A stretch of 64,000 nt of DNA from IMG/VR virus record IMGVR_UViG_2974644955_000001, positions 1 to 64,000 of that record; one strand, 5' to 3'. A model generated the notes under the pieces. It had not been told where the DNA came from. It saw only the letters and a list, made by a program, of their open reading frames with translations, and made no database searches. The stretch comes from a virus. Its lineage: Duplodnaviria > Caudoviricetes. Numbering within the stretch: the first letter of the stretch is position 1; every line of letters starts with the position of its first letter. The translations under genes were made by a program, and so were the position numbers. Shown here one piece after another: positions 25,319-34,315 of this stretch.

Positions 25319-25900
25319 ATGGAGATTTATTATGCAGGGATCGGCGCACGAGACACTCCCCAAGACGTATGCAGAAAGATGTTTACAGCGGGTAAAGTCC
25401 TCTGGGAAGCAGGAGTTACACTCAGATCCGGAGGAGCCAAAGGTGCCGACACTGCATTCGAATCTGGCGCTCTCTGCGCGGCAAATGGGGAAAAGTCATC
25501 TGATGCAGTCCATGATCTACGGAAAGATGATGGCACTAACTGGGATCGCATCGAAATCTATTTGCCCTTCAAGAGATTTAACGGCCACCCAAGTTCTCGC
25601 TATGGAACAACAAAGGCTGCACGGCAGATCGCAAGTCATTTCCACCCTAAGTGGGAGATACTCTCATGCACAGGACGCGATTTTATGGGACGTAATGCGT
25701 ACCAGATTCTTGGAGCCGGACTCGATCTACCAGTCTCTTTCGTCTTATGTTGGACTCCTGAAGGACGGATCACGGGGGGAACAGGACAAGCTCTCCGACA
25801 TGCCAAACACCTTGACATCCCCATCCTCAATTTCGCAGTTGAAGATGACGACACTATCAGTGATTTTATCATCTCCACAGCAGAAAGGATGCGTGCATGA
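25319..25900 (+). CDS. SLOG/DprA-like (Rossmannoid) protein
   Basis: YAGIGARDTP, LRSGGAKGADTAFE, RNAYQILG, CWTP, GGTGQALRHA. Confidence 0.8.
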   Translation: MEIYYAGIGARDTPQDVCRKMFTAGKVLWEAGVTLRSGGAKGADTAFESGALCAANGEKSSDAVHDLRKDDGTNWDRIEIYLPFKRFNGHPSSRYGTTKAARQIASHFHPKWEILSCTGRDFMGRNAYQILGAGLDLPVSFVLCWTPEGRITGGTGQALRHAKHLDIPILNFAVEDDDTISDFIISTAERMRA

Positions 25901-26244
25901 GAAACCCAAAGAAAGGCATACGTTGGCTAGTCTTCAAGCTCTTCGGCCCACCGGAATTGAAGAACTTGGTGACATACATCGACGAGATATCGGACAAAGG
26001 ATTCGATATTGCGATATATCCCATGGGAGAATTTCCGTTTGCCATGAAGACCTCAATGGAGGACGACCTGGAACCGATGATCTTCCCGACACCCCAAGAA
26101 CGAGCAGCGTTCCAGTATGGCTTGAACTATGGGGTGAATCTTATGGGAGGCACCACACAAGTGCTGACTAAAGATCAGTACGACGAGATTTCTGAGATGG
26201 AACAATTTGCAACACCTAGTGTAAAAAAGTCTCGGATGAACTAA
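25897..26244 (+). CDS. Hypothetical protein
   Basis: ATGA coupling; 115 aa. Confidence 0.6.
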   Translation: MRNPKKGIRWLVFKLFGPPELKNLVTYIDEISDKGFDIAIYPMGEFPFAMKTSMEDDLEPMIFPTPQERAAFQYGLNYGVNLMGGTTQVLTKDQYDEISEMEQFATPSVKKSRMN

Positions 26245-26250
26245 ATGTGC

Positions 26251-26279
26251 TTGCTCCAGTAATGAACCACTGGTACATC
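26251..26279 (+). promoter_or_regulatory. Candidate host sigma70 promoter for nrdJ
   Basis: TTGCTC-N17-TACATC in the intergenic gap; the same TTGCTC-N17-TA occurs at 58050-58078 on the minus strand. Confidence 0.35.
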
Positions 26280-26316
26280 GAAAGACCCAATTTCACCCAA
26301 AACCAAGAGGTCAACT

Positions 26317-28647
26317 ATGAGCGAAACACATTTTCCTCAACCTATCAGCGAGCAGATCTGGAATCAAAAGTATCGGTTCAAAACCGACCGCTCTGATTTT
26401 GAATCTGATCTAAGTGTGGTTGATACGTGGGGCAGGATTGCATCTGCATGTTCCAACCTGCCACATCTCCACAACAATCATGCAGAGCGAGAGGCTCTCG
26501 AACAACGCTTCTTTCAAGCCCTGTATGATTTCAAACTCTTGCCAGCAGGCAGGATCAACTCCGGTGCAGGAACAGGCCGGAACGTAACCCTCTTCAACTG
26601 CTATGTCATGGGAACCATTCCAGACAGCCTTGATGGTATCTTCGATATGCTCAAGGAAGCTGCACTCACAATGCAGCAAGGTGGTGGTATCGGTTACGAC
26701 TTCTCTACCCTTCGTCCGAAGGGAGCACCTGTGAAGGGCGTGGAGAGCTTCTCCAGCGGTCCTCTCACATTTATGGATGTCTGGGACTCGATGTGCAAAA
26801 CCATCATGTCAGCAGGCTCCAGACGCGGTGCTATGATGGCCACCATGCGGTGTGATCATCCGGACATCATGGAGTTCGTCCATGCCAAGCAGGATCCCCT
26901 GCGTCTGCGTAACTTCAACGTGTCGGTGCTCTGTACCGATGAGTTTATGGAAGCAGTGGCTAACGATGAAGAGTGGGATCTGGTGTTCAATGGTGTCGTA
27001 TATGAAACCATTCGAGCAGTAGAGTTGTGGAACACAATTCTCCAGAACACCTACGACTATGCTGAACCGGGAGTGATCTTCATCGACCGGATCAACAAGG
27101 AGAACAACCTCTGGTTCCTTGAGACAATCGCAGCAACAAACCCATGTGGTGAGCAACCCTTGCCACCTTACGGTGCGTGTCTGCTTGGCTCAGTCAATCT
27201 GGCTAAACACGTCTTCGCTCCATTCACGGAGCAAGCTGATGTCGATATGGCAGAACTGGAAAAGTCTGTACGTACAGGCGTTCGACTGTTGGACAGTGTG
27301 GTTGACACAAGCAAGTTCCCTCTCCCTGAACAAGAGGCGGAAGCCAAAGAGAAACGTCGGGCTGGTCTCGGTGTGACTGGATTGGCAGACTTGCTTTTCA
27401 TGACTGGTTATCGCTACGGCAGCGTACAAGCTGTTGATTGTACTGAAACTATCATGATGAACATCGCTATCTGGGCTTATGAAGAGTCCATTGAGATGGC
27501 GAAGGAGATGGGTCCAGCACCTTGTCTTCAAACTACCGAAGCTCGGATGAAGTTCATTCAATCAGGCTTCATGCAGAGGATGCCAGAATACATTCGTGAT
27601 GACATCATCCAATGGGGTATCCGAAACACTCACCTGCTGTCAGTCGCTCCTACTGGGACAATCTCGATGTATGCAGGTAATGTCTCATCGGGTGGAGAGC
27701 CTATCTTTGCTCCATCCTTCCAGCGTAAGGTGACAAACGACGACGGAACCAAGCGTACTGAGACAGTCTATGACTATGCGATTCTCTTGTTTGAGAAACA
27801 CTTCGGTGAAGATACCGGGGCAGCACAGGAATGGATGGACAACTACTTGGCGACGGCTCAAGACCTAGAGCCACAAGATCACATCGTCATGCAAGCAGTG
27901 CTCCAGAAATGGGTGGATTCGTCCATCTCCAAGACGGTGAACTTGCCTGAAAACATCAGCTTTGAAGACTTCAAGGCTGTGTACGACATGGCTTATGAGA
28001 CAGGGTGTAAAGGTTGCACCACGTATCGGCCAAATGATGTGACAGGATCCGTCCTGTCCGTTGAAACCAAAGAAGAAAAACCAGAACCTGAGATCGTCAA
28101 TGAAGAATACGACGGTGACATGCGAGTGGTTGCTCGGCCTCATGAGGTCGTAGGCAGCACCTACAAATGTCGCTGGGGAGGTGACAGCTACTACGTCACT
28201 TTCAACAACGTCATTGATCCTGATCATGACTGGTTCATGCCATTCGAGATCTTCATCAACTCGAAGAATGTGGAACACCACCAGTGGACCGCAGCTTTGA
28301 CACGGATGGTCTCGGCAGTCTTCCAGCGAGGAGGCGACGTTCGCTTCGTTGCAGAAGAACTGAAACAAATCCACGACCCCAAAGGTGGTCAGTGGGTGGA
28401 CGGTAAATACTGTCCTTCTTTGGTTGCTCTGATTGGCCAAAAGCTGTCTGAGCATCTCGACAACATCGGGTATCAATCGACCCCGGAAAGTATGCCTCAA
28501 CCGATTCAGGACGAGGAAGTGACCCAACCAGAGCAGTCGCCCGATCAGCCAGTCCCTGATCAATGCCCAAGCTGCAAGGGTTACAATCTGATCATGCAAT
28601 CTGGATGCCCGACTTGTCAGGACTGTGGCTACAGCAAATGTGGCTAA
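26317..28647 (+). CDS. nrdJ: Class II (adenosylcobalamin-dependent) ribonucleotide reductase with C-terminal TSCPD domain and zinc ribbon
   Basis: LPAGRI, NVTLFNCYV, RNFNVSV, ATNPCGEQPLPPYGACLLGSVNL, VAPTGTIS, GCKGCTTYR; CPSC...CQDC; no nrdB partner. Confidence 0.93.
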   Translation: MSETHFPQPISEQIWNQKYRFKTDRSDFESDLSVVDTWGRIASACSNLPHLHNNHAEREALEQRFFQALYDFKLLPAGRINSGAGTGRNVTLFNCYVMGTIPDSLDGIFDMLKEAALTMQQGGGIGYDFSTLRPKGAPVKGVESFSSGPLTFMDVWDSMCKTIMSAGSRRGAMMATMRCDHPDIMEFVHAKQDPLRLRNFNVSVLCTDEFMEAVANDEEWDLVFNGVVYETIRAVELWNTILQNTYDYAEPGVIFIDRINKENNLWFLETIAATNPCGEQPLPPYGACLLGSVNLAKHVFAPFTEQADVDMAELEKSVRTGVRLLDSVVDTSKFPLPEQEAEAKEKRRAGLGVTGLADLLFMTGYRYGSVQAVDCTETIMMNIAIWAYEESIEMAKEMGPAPCLQTTEARMKFIQSGFMQRMPEYIRDDIIQWGIRNTHLLSVAPTGTISMYAGNVSSGGEPIFAPSFQRKVTNDDGTKRTETVYDYAILLFEKHFGEDTGAAQEWMDNYLATAQDLEPQDHIVMQAVLQKWVDSSISKTVNLPENISFEDFKAVYDMAYETGCKGCTTYRPNDVTGSVLSVETKEEKPEPEIVNEEYDGDMRVVARPHEVVGSTYKCRWGGDSYYVTFNNVIDPDHDWFMPFEIFINSKNVEHHQWTAALTRMVSAVFQRGGDVRFVAEELKQIHDPKGGQWVDGKYCPSLVALIGQKLSEHLDNIGYQSTPESMPQPIQDEEVTQPEQSPDQPVPDQCPSCKGYNLIMQSGCPTCQDCGYSKCG

Positions 28648-28653
28648 CGAAAC

Positions 28654-28728
28654 GGGACGTAGTTCGTGCCAAAAGGTGAAGCAGTGGAAAGACTGTGACA
28701 CCTCACGAGCTTACTAGCTAGGCGTCCT
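28654..28728 (+). ncRNA. Candidate structured RNA (four nested stems)
   Basis: GGACG/CGTCC, TTCGTG/CACGAG, AGGTG/CACCT, GCAGT/ACTGT nested pairings in an ORF-free gap. Confidence 0.4.
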
Positions 28729-28732
28729 ATCG

Positions 28733-28790
28733 CCCCTCACCCATGCTCTTCCATACCTGGTTCACCAGGGAGCTAGGTGAGGGGTTTTTT
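28733..28790 (+). terminator. Intrinsic terminator with internal hairpin
   Basis: CCCCTCACC...GGTGAGGGG-TTTTTT. Confidence 0.75.
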
Positions 28791-28807
28791 ATTCAACGGA
28801 GATCAAA

Positions 28808-29164
28808 ATGATTGGTACACATAACAGAATGTTGGAAGCGATAGACAAGAACATTCCCATTCATTTCCTCTTCAAATGCTATGACCAGACAGCTTACTAC
28901 TGGGACAAAGCAGTGCATCTCTATGGAATCAAACCACGGAGAATGCCATCTCATGTACGGACACAAGGGATTCTTCCCAACAATGCGTTGGTTCGGTTTC
29001 TCCCTTTGAACCACAGCACATATGAGTCGTTACTTGGTTTTTCTGGTTGTGTTCTTATGCACCCTGACGTGACAGAGAACCTTCTAAACCCCCAGTACGA
29101 CTACAAAAATGTCCAAGGACAGATAATAGATCTTAACACAAGGAATCGACCATGGCGGGACTGA
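28808..29164 (+). CDS. Hypothetical protein
   Basis: GGAG RBS; 118 aa; overlaps the helicase start. Confidence 0.6.
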   Translation: MIGTHNRMLEAIDKNIPIHFLFKCYDQTAYYWDKAVHLYGIKPRRMPSHVRTQGILPNNALVRFLPLNHSTYESLLGFSGCVLMHPDVTENLLNPQYDYKNVQGQIIDLNTRNRPWRD

Positions 29165-30426
29165 ACCAAGACCAAAGAGATGCGTTCCAGGATGTCCTCG
29201 CATTCATCAACGACCCGAACCGCAAGTTCCATAGGGTCTCCGGTGGTGCAGGCACCGGGAAGAGCTATTTCATTTCGAAGATCGAGCAGGATATTCTGAA
29301 GCACAAGCGTGCAGATTCTCCTCTCACATACGTGGCAGTGACAGCCACGACCAACAAAGCAGCAGCAGTTCTCAAGAACTCCATGCAGTACAAGCGTGCA
29401 GAGATCCAAACGATCTACAGCTTCATGAACCTTCGTGTTCACAATGACTTCACGTCTGGTGAGCAGCGAGTGGTTCCAACTGCCAAGTGGGAAGTTCATA
29501 CGAACACGCTGATCATCGTGGATGAAGCATCCATGGTGAACAAAAATCTGTATGATTTCATCGACAAAGGTACGAGCAATACCTGCAAGATCCTTTTCGT
29601 CGGTGACAAGAATCAGCTTGCACCAGTCAAGGAGAACATCTCCCCGGTGTATGCGAAGAGCAAGAGTGAGAGCTTCCTGCTTTCACCTGTTCGTCAGCAG
29701 AACCAACAAGCTCTGATGGACTTGGCAGACATGGCCAAAGACACAGTGCTGACAGGTGTGTTCCACCCCATCACAGAAGTTCCTGGAGTGATTGATTTCG
29801 TATCTGGGAACCAGATGAAAGGCATCATGGAGCGTGAGTATATCAAGGAAGACGCCAATCGACGGATCCTCTGCTATACAAATGATCGGGTGAGAAATTA
29901 CAACCTGTACGTCCGGGAGCTTCGTGGCTATACCCGGAATTACGAAGTCGGAGAGATGCTGACCAACAACTCGGCAGCAGAACTCGTGGATAAGACACGG
30001 CTCTATACCGACCAAGTTGTGGAAGTCCTGGAACGGGGTGAACCATATGAACAAGAACCAGTCCCAGGTGGGATCTGTGACTTCGTTGATTTGGTGGTTC
30101 GTGATCCAGAAACGTTGCAAATTTACAACGTGACTGTGACCGAAGACCCTAACGACCGGGAAGAGGTTCTCAAATACTGGAAGTCCAGGAAGAAGTGGGA
30201 TCGGTTCTTTAAGTTCCGTGACAACCATCCTGATCTTCGCAGTGTGGCAGCCAGCACAACCCATAAAGCACAGGGTTCTACGTATGATGAAGTCATCGTG
30301 GACCTTGCTGACATCGGGAAGTGTACCCAGCCTGAGATGGCAGCACGTTTGTTGTACGTGGCCCTGACACGTCCAAAGAATCGTCTCTACATCCGAGGTG
30401 AATTGCCAGAGAGGTTTTTCAAATGA
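29152..30426 (+). CDS. SF1B (Dda/RecD-like) DNA helicase (N4 gp37-like)
   Basis: GGAGTGKS, IIVDEASM, VGDKNQLAPV, THKAQGSTY, LLYVALTR. Confidence 0.92.
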   Translation: MAGLNQDQRDAFQDVLAFINDPNRKFHRVSGGAGTGKSYFISKIEQDILKHKRADSPLTYVAVTATTNKAAAVLKNSMQYKRAEIQTIYSFMNLRVHNDFTSGEQRVVPTAKWEVHTNTLIIVDEASMVNKNLYDFIDKGTSNTCKILFVGDKNQLAPVKENISPVYAKSKSESFLLSPVRQQNQQALMDLADMAKDTVLTGVFHPITEVPGVIDFVSGNQMKGIMEREYIKEDANRRILCYTNDRVRNYNLYVRELRGYTRNYEVGEMLTNNSAAELVDKTRLYTDQVVEVLERGEPYEQEPVPGGICDFVDLVVRDPETLQIYNVTVTEDPNDREEVLKYWKSRKKWDRFFKFRDNHPDLRSVAASTTHKAQGSTYDEVIVDLADIGKCTQPEMAARLLYVALTRPKNRLYIRGELPERFFK

Positions 30427-30683
30427 AAAAGCGAATCATGAATGAGTACCGTATTGACACTCACTTCAATGGTGTGATCAAAGCGTACTTCTTGACCCTG
30501 AAATATCAGGGCTGGTGGAGAGGATATGAGGTTGTCCACGAAGAGTTGATCTACGAAGGACACCTTGAGAAAGAAGCTCACACAGCCATTGATAAACGAA
30601 TCACCAAAGAAAAAGGTGAAGAGGTCAAATGGTCTCGCTGGAAAGATGACCGGGGAGAAGCTCCAACTCCGGAGTGGCTATAA
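30423..30683 (+). CDS. Hypothetical protein
   Basis: ATGA coupling; between helicase and polymerase. Confidence 0.55.
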   Translation: MKKRIMNEYRIDTHFNGVIKAYFLTLKYQGWWRGYEVVHEELIYEGHLEKEAHTAIDKRITKEKGEEVKWSRWKDDRGEAPTPEWL

Positions 30684-30698
30684 CGAAGGATCACGCAC

Positions 30699-33323
30699 AT
30701 GAGATACGAGATAATCGGAAAAGGTTCTCCTGCAAAAATCGCTATCCTGGTTCCACGAATCCAGATCGCAGATATCCAGAAGCACTACATGCCGACTCTC
30801 TCTAAACTCAACGAAGAGATCATGGTATGTGACATCTATCTGAATCGTAAGAAGAAGAAGACATCCAACACCGAGATCAAAGAGTACCTTGAAGATCTTC
30901 TACCTAATCTCACAAATGCAGGGATCGAGACTTTGATCGTCTGCCAGCCAGATTACTTCAAGGTACTGAGCAAGCAGGGAAAAACAGATGCGAACATCGG
31001 AGACATCTTCACCGGGGTTGACGGATTCAAAGTCACCTACTGCCCCCACTATTCCCGAATCTTCTACGACCCAGACAAGACCCGAGCCAAAGTCGAACAG
31101 GCACTCACTGCCGTCATCGACGGAGCCAAAGGCACCTACACGAAGCTCGGTTCAGACATTATTCAACACGCAGTATATCCCTCCAATGTGAGGAACAAAC
31201 TTGATTGGCTCAACAAGCTGATCGAGATGGACTGCGATTTGACCTGTGATATCGAGGGCTTCTCACTGAAGCACTTCGATGCTGGGGTTGGTACGATCAC
31301 CTTCTGCTGGAACCAACACGAAGGCATTGCCTTTGAGGTGGATAATACCAGAACCAAAGAAGAGGATCCTGTCATACGGCAAGCCCTCAAGACGTTCTTC
31401 TACCGATTCAGAGAGTCGGGTCGGAAGATGATTTACCACAACATCTGCTATGACGCCTACGTGCTCATTTATCAGTTGTTCATGGATCATATTCTCGATC
31501 AGGAAGGACTGCTTGAGGGCTTGGATGTGATGCTCGAAAACTTCGAGGACACACAGATCATCACCTATCTTGCCACGAACTCGTGTGCTGGTAATGAGCT
31601 TGGTTTGAAGGCACAAGCCCAGGAATTCGCTGGGAATTATGCCGTCGAAGAGATCAAAGACATCACACAGATCGACCTGGATAAGCTCCTTGAGTACAAC
31701 CTCGTTGATGGACTGAGCACATGGTACGTGTACAACAAGCACTACCAGACAATGATCACCGATCTTCAATTGGGGACATACGAGAACTTCAAAGAATGGG
31801 TGGTGGATATCATCCAGATGCAGCTTACTGGCTTGCCAGTGAACATGGACAAGGTAGTGGCATTGGATAAGCTCCTCACTGCTGAGTCCGAACACAATAT
31901 CTGGAAGATGATGCAGACGAAAATCGTCCAAGGCTTCCAGTATCAATTGGAGGAAGAAGCCCTTGCGAAAAAGAATGCAAAGCTCAAGACGAAAACTGTT
32001 ACAAGGAAAGATCTCGGCCTCACGAAAGATCTCGAAGTTGCGTACAACCCCGGATCTGCTCCGCAGTTACAGAGACTACTGTATTCTAAGGAGTTTCTGG
32101 GACTCCCCGTACTTGATCTCACGGATTCGGGGCTGCCATCAACAGGGGCCGATACGCTAGAGAAACTTCTGAACCAAAATATTTCTGAGGAAACCAAGGA
32201 CTTCCTGAAGATACTGCTGGAATACAAGGCAAGTGCCATTATCTTGAGCACCTTCCTTCCAGCATTCCTCAAGGCTCATCCTGGTCCTGATGGTTGGCAC
32301 TATCTGTTCGGTAACTTCCGACTGGGTGGAACACTGTCAGGCAGACTGTCTTCGAACAATCCGAATCTTCAGAACATCCCATCCTCCGCTGGAGGACCGT
32401 TGAAGTCGAGGCTTGCAAAGCTCATCAAAGAATGCTTTGAAGCTCCTCCCGGCTGGCTCTTTGTAGGTCTCGACTTCGACTCATTGGAAGATCGCATCTC
32501 TGCTCTCCAGACAAAAGACCCTGAGAAACTGAAGGTCTATACCGACGGTTACGATGGTCACTCACTCCGTGCATACGGATACTTTGGAGATCAAATGCCA
32601 GACATCGACCCTTCTTCTGTGGAATCAATCAATTCGATTGGCAAGAAGTACAAGCCACTGAGACAGGAGAGTAAGGCTCCAACCTTTGCTCTCACTTATC
32701 AGGGGACGTATCACACGTTGATGCAGAACTGTGGCTTCTCGAAAGAGAAAGCTCAGATGATCGAGAATAAATATCGTCAGATGTACTCGGTCTCCATCGA
32801 CTATGTGAATGAAAAGCTGGAGCAAGCCACGCACGACGGTTACATCACCGTAGCGTTCGGTCTGAGGGTGAGAACCCCTCTTCTGGTGCAGACTATCCTG
32901 GGAACCAACAAGACACCCAAGGAAGCTGCTGCGGAAGGCAGGACGGCTGGTAACGCAATGGGCCAGTCCTACTGTATGCTGAACTCTAGGGCAGCTTCAG
33001 CTTTCATGAAGAAGGTCAGACGGTCATCGCATCGTCTCGATATCAAACCCTGTGCTCACATCCATGATGCTCAGTATTACTTGGTTCGAGATGGAGCATT
33101 CGACAGCCTTGTGTATATAAATACACACCTCCCCAAAGAGGTAGCATGGCAGGATGATCCTGAGATCTCTCACGATGAGGTCAAACTGTCTGGTTCATGT
33201 GAGATCTTCTATCCCAACTGGAACCATGGATTCGATATCCCCAATGGGGCTGACGTTCCGACAATCAAAAACCAGATCAAAAAGCATCTTGCTGATCTAA
33301 AAGAACAAGGAATTGCAGCATGA
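30699..33323 (+). CDS. Family A DNA polymerase with 3'-5' exonuclease (N4 gp39-like)
   Basis: CDIEG, HNICYD, SGRLSSNNPNLQNIP, LDFDSLE, RQESKAPTFALTYQG, HIHDA. Confidence 0.95.
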   Translation: MRYEIIGKGSPAKIAILVPRIQIADIQKHYMPTLSKLNEEIMVCDIYLNRKKKKTSNTEIKEYLEDLLPNLTNAGIETLIVCQPDYFKVLSKQGKTDANIGDIFTGVDGFKVTYCPHYSRIFYDPDKTRAKVEQALTAVIDGAKGTYTKLGSDIIQHAVYPSNVRNKLDWLNKLIEMDCDLTCDIEGFSLKHFDAGVGTITFCWNQHEGIAFEVDNTRTKEEDPVIRQALKTFFYRFRESGRKMIYHNICYDAYVLIYQLFMDHILDQEGLLEGLDVMLENFEDTQIITYLATNSCAGNELGLKAQAQEFAGNYAVEEIKDITQIDLDKLLEYNLVDGLSTWYVYNKHYQTMITDLQLGTYENFKEWVVDIIQMQLTGLPVNMDKVVALDKLLTAESEHNIWKMMQTKIVQGFQYQLEEEALAKKNAKLKTKTVTRKDLGLTKDLEVAYNPGSAPQLQRLLYSKEFLGLPVLDLTDSGLPSTGADTLEKLLNQNISEETKDFLKILLEYKASAIILSTFLPAFLKAHPGPDGWHYLFGNFRLGGTLSGRLSSNNPNLQNIPSSAGGPLKSRLAKLIKECFEAPPGWLFVGLDFDSLEDRISALQTKDPEKLKVYTDGYDGHSLRAYGYFGDQMPDIDPSSVESINSIGKKYKPLRQESKAPTFALTYQGTYHTLMQNCGFSKEKAQMIENKYRQMYSVSIDYVNEKLEQATHDGYITVAFGLRVRTPLLVQTILGTNKTPKEAAAEGRTAGNAMGQSYCMLNSRAASAFMKKVRRSSHRLDIKPCAHIHDAQYYLVRDGAFDSLVYINTHLPKEVAWQDDPEISHDEVKLSGSCEIFYPNWNHGFDIPNGADVPTIKNQIKKHLADLKEQGIAA

Positions 33324-34315
33324 AGAAAGTAACCAACAACCACATGGTTGACCTCCCCATCGCTGTATGGCTGCTTCAAAACGGCTACTACAGCGGTGCA
33401 GATGTTGCTCCAGAGGGTGAACTGATCTCAGTCACCACATTGATGAAGCCTACTCGTAGGCTCATCCTGGAGCGTCAGGTAGATCAGTCCCAGGAAGTCC
33501 TGGACATTGCTGATCTCGTAGCTTCCCGCTTCGGACATGGGATCCACGATTCCATCGAGCGGGCATGGACTGAAGGCGACTGGGCGGGGGCGATGCGGCG
33601 TCTCCATTATCCTCAGTCAGTGGTGGATCGAGTAAAGATCAACCCAGATCCTTCAGCGGTCAGTGAGGATGATATTCCCATCTTCTTGGAGCAGCGCCGA
33701 TTCAAGGAAATCGGGGGTGTTGTCCTCACTGGCCAACTGGACTTCAGCATCAATGGTGCATACCGAGATGTGAAGACAACCTCGACCTTTGCTTACACAA
33801 GCAACAAGAAGGATGATGACTACATCCTTCAGGGTTCTCTGTATCGTTACATCATGCCTGAAATGATTTGGCAGGATAAGATGCGGATCGAGTTCATCTT
33901 CACAGATTGGCAGAAGTTCCGTGCCAAAGCTGACCCCAACTATCCCCAAGCGAAAGTGGCTCACAAAGAGTATCCTCTGATGTCTCATGAAGACACTGAA
34001 GCATGGATTCTGAAGAAGATCGAGCACATCAAACAGAACGCCAAGCATGTGAAAAACCAGGATAAACTGGTTCGGTGTACTGATGAGGAACTCTGGAAAC
34101 AGGCTGATACCTACAAGTATTATGCCAATCCTGAAACTGCGAAAGCAGGGGGTCGTGCTCAAAAGAGTTTTGAAAAACTCGCAGATGCAGAACAGCATAA
34201 GGCAGCCAAAGGCAAAGGTGTAATCGTCACTGTCAGAGGTGAGGTGAAAGCCTGTGAGTATTGCCCTGCTTTCTCGGTCTGTGAACAACGTAAGGAGTAT
34301 TTCCCAGATGCCTAA
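33320..34315 (+). CDS. PD-(D/E)XK exonuclease (N4 gp42-like)
   Basis: FGHGIHDSIE, LTGQLD...DVKTTS, QGSLY, C-terminal CEYCPAFSVC. Confidence 0.8.
   Translation: MKKVTNNHMVDLPIAVWLLQNGYYSGADVAPEGELISVTTLMKPTRRLILERQVDQSQEVLDIADLVASRFGHGIHDSIERAWTEGDWAGAMRRLHYPQSVVDRVKINPDPSAVSEDDIPIFLEQRRFKEIGGVVLTGQLDFSINGAYRDVKTTSTFAYTSNKKDDDYILQGSLYRYIMPEMIWQDKMRIEFIFTDWQKFRAKADPNYPQAKVAHKEYPLMSHEDTEAWILKKIEHIKQNAKHVKNQDKLVRCTDEELWKQADTYKYYANPETAKAGGRAQKSFEKLADAEQHKAAKGKGVIVTVRGEVKACEYCPAFSVCEQRKEYFPDA

Noticed and set aside
26245-26316. Possible cobalamin riboswitch upstream of the B12-dependent nrdJ
   Set aside because: The leader is only about 70 nt and lacks the conserved B12-box elements.
33320-34315. 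Cas4-like nuclease as a CRISPR-associated gene
   Set aside because: It sits in the conserved N4 replication block between polymerase and primase, with no array or other cas genes.
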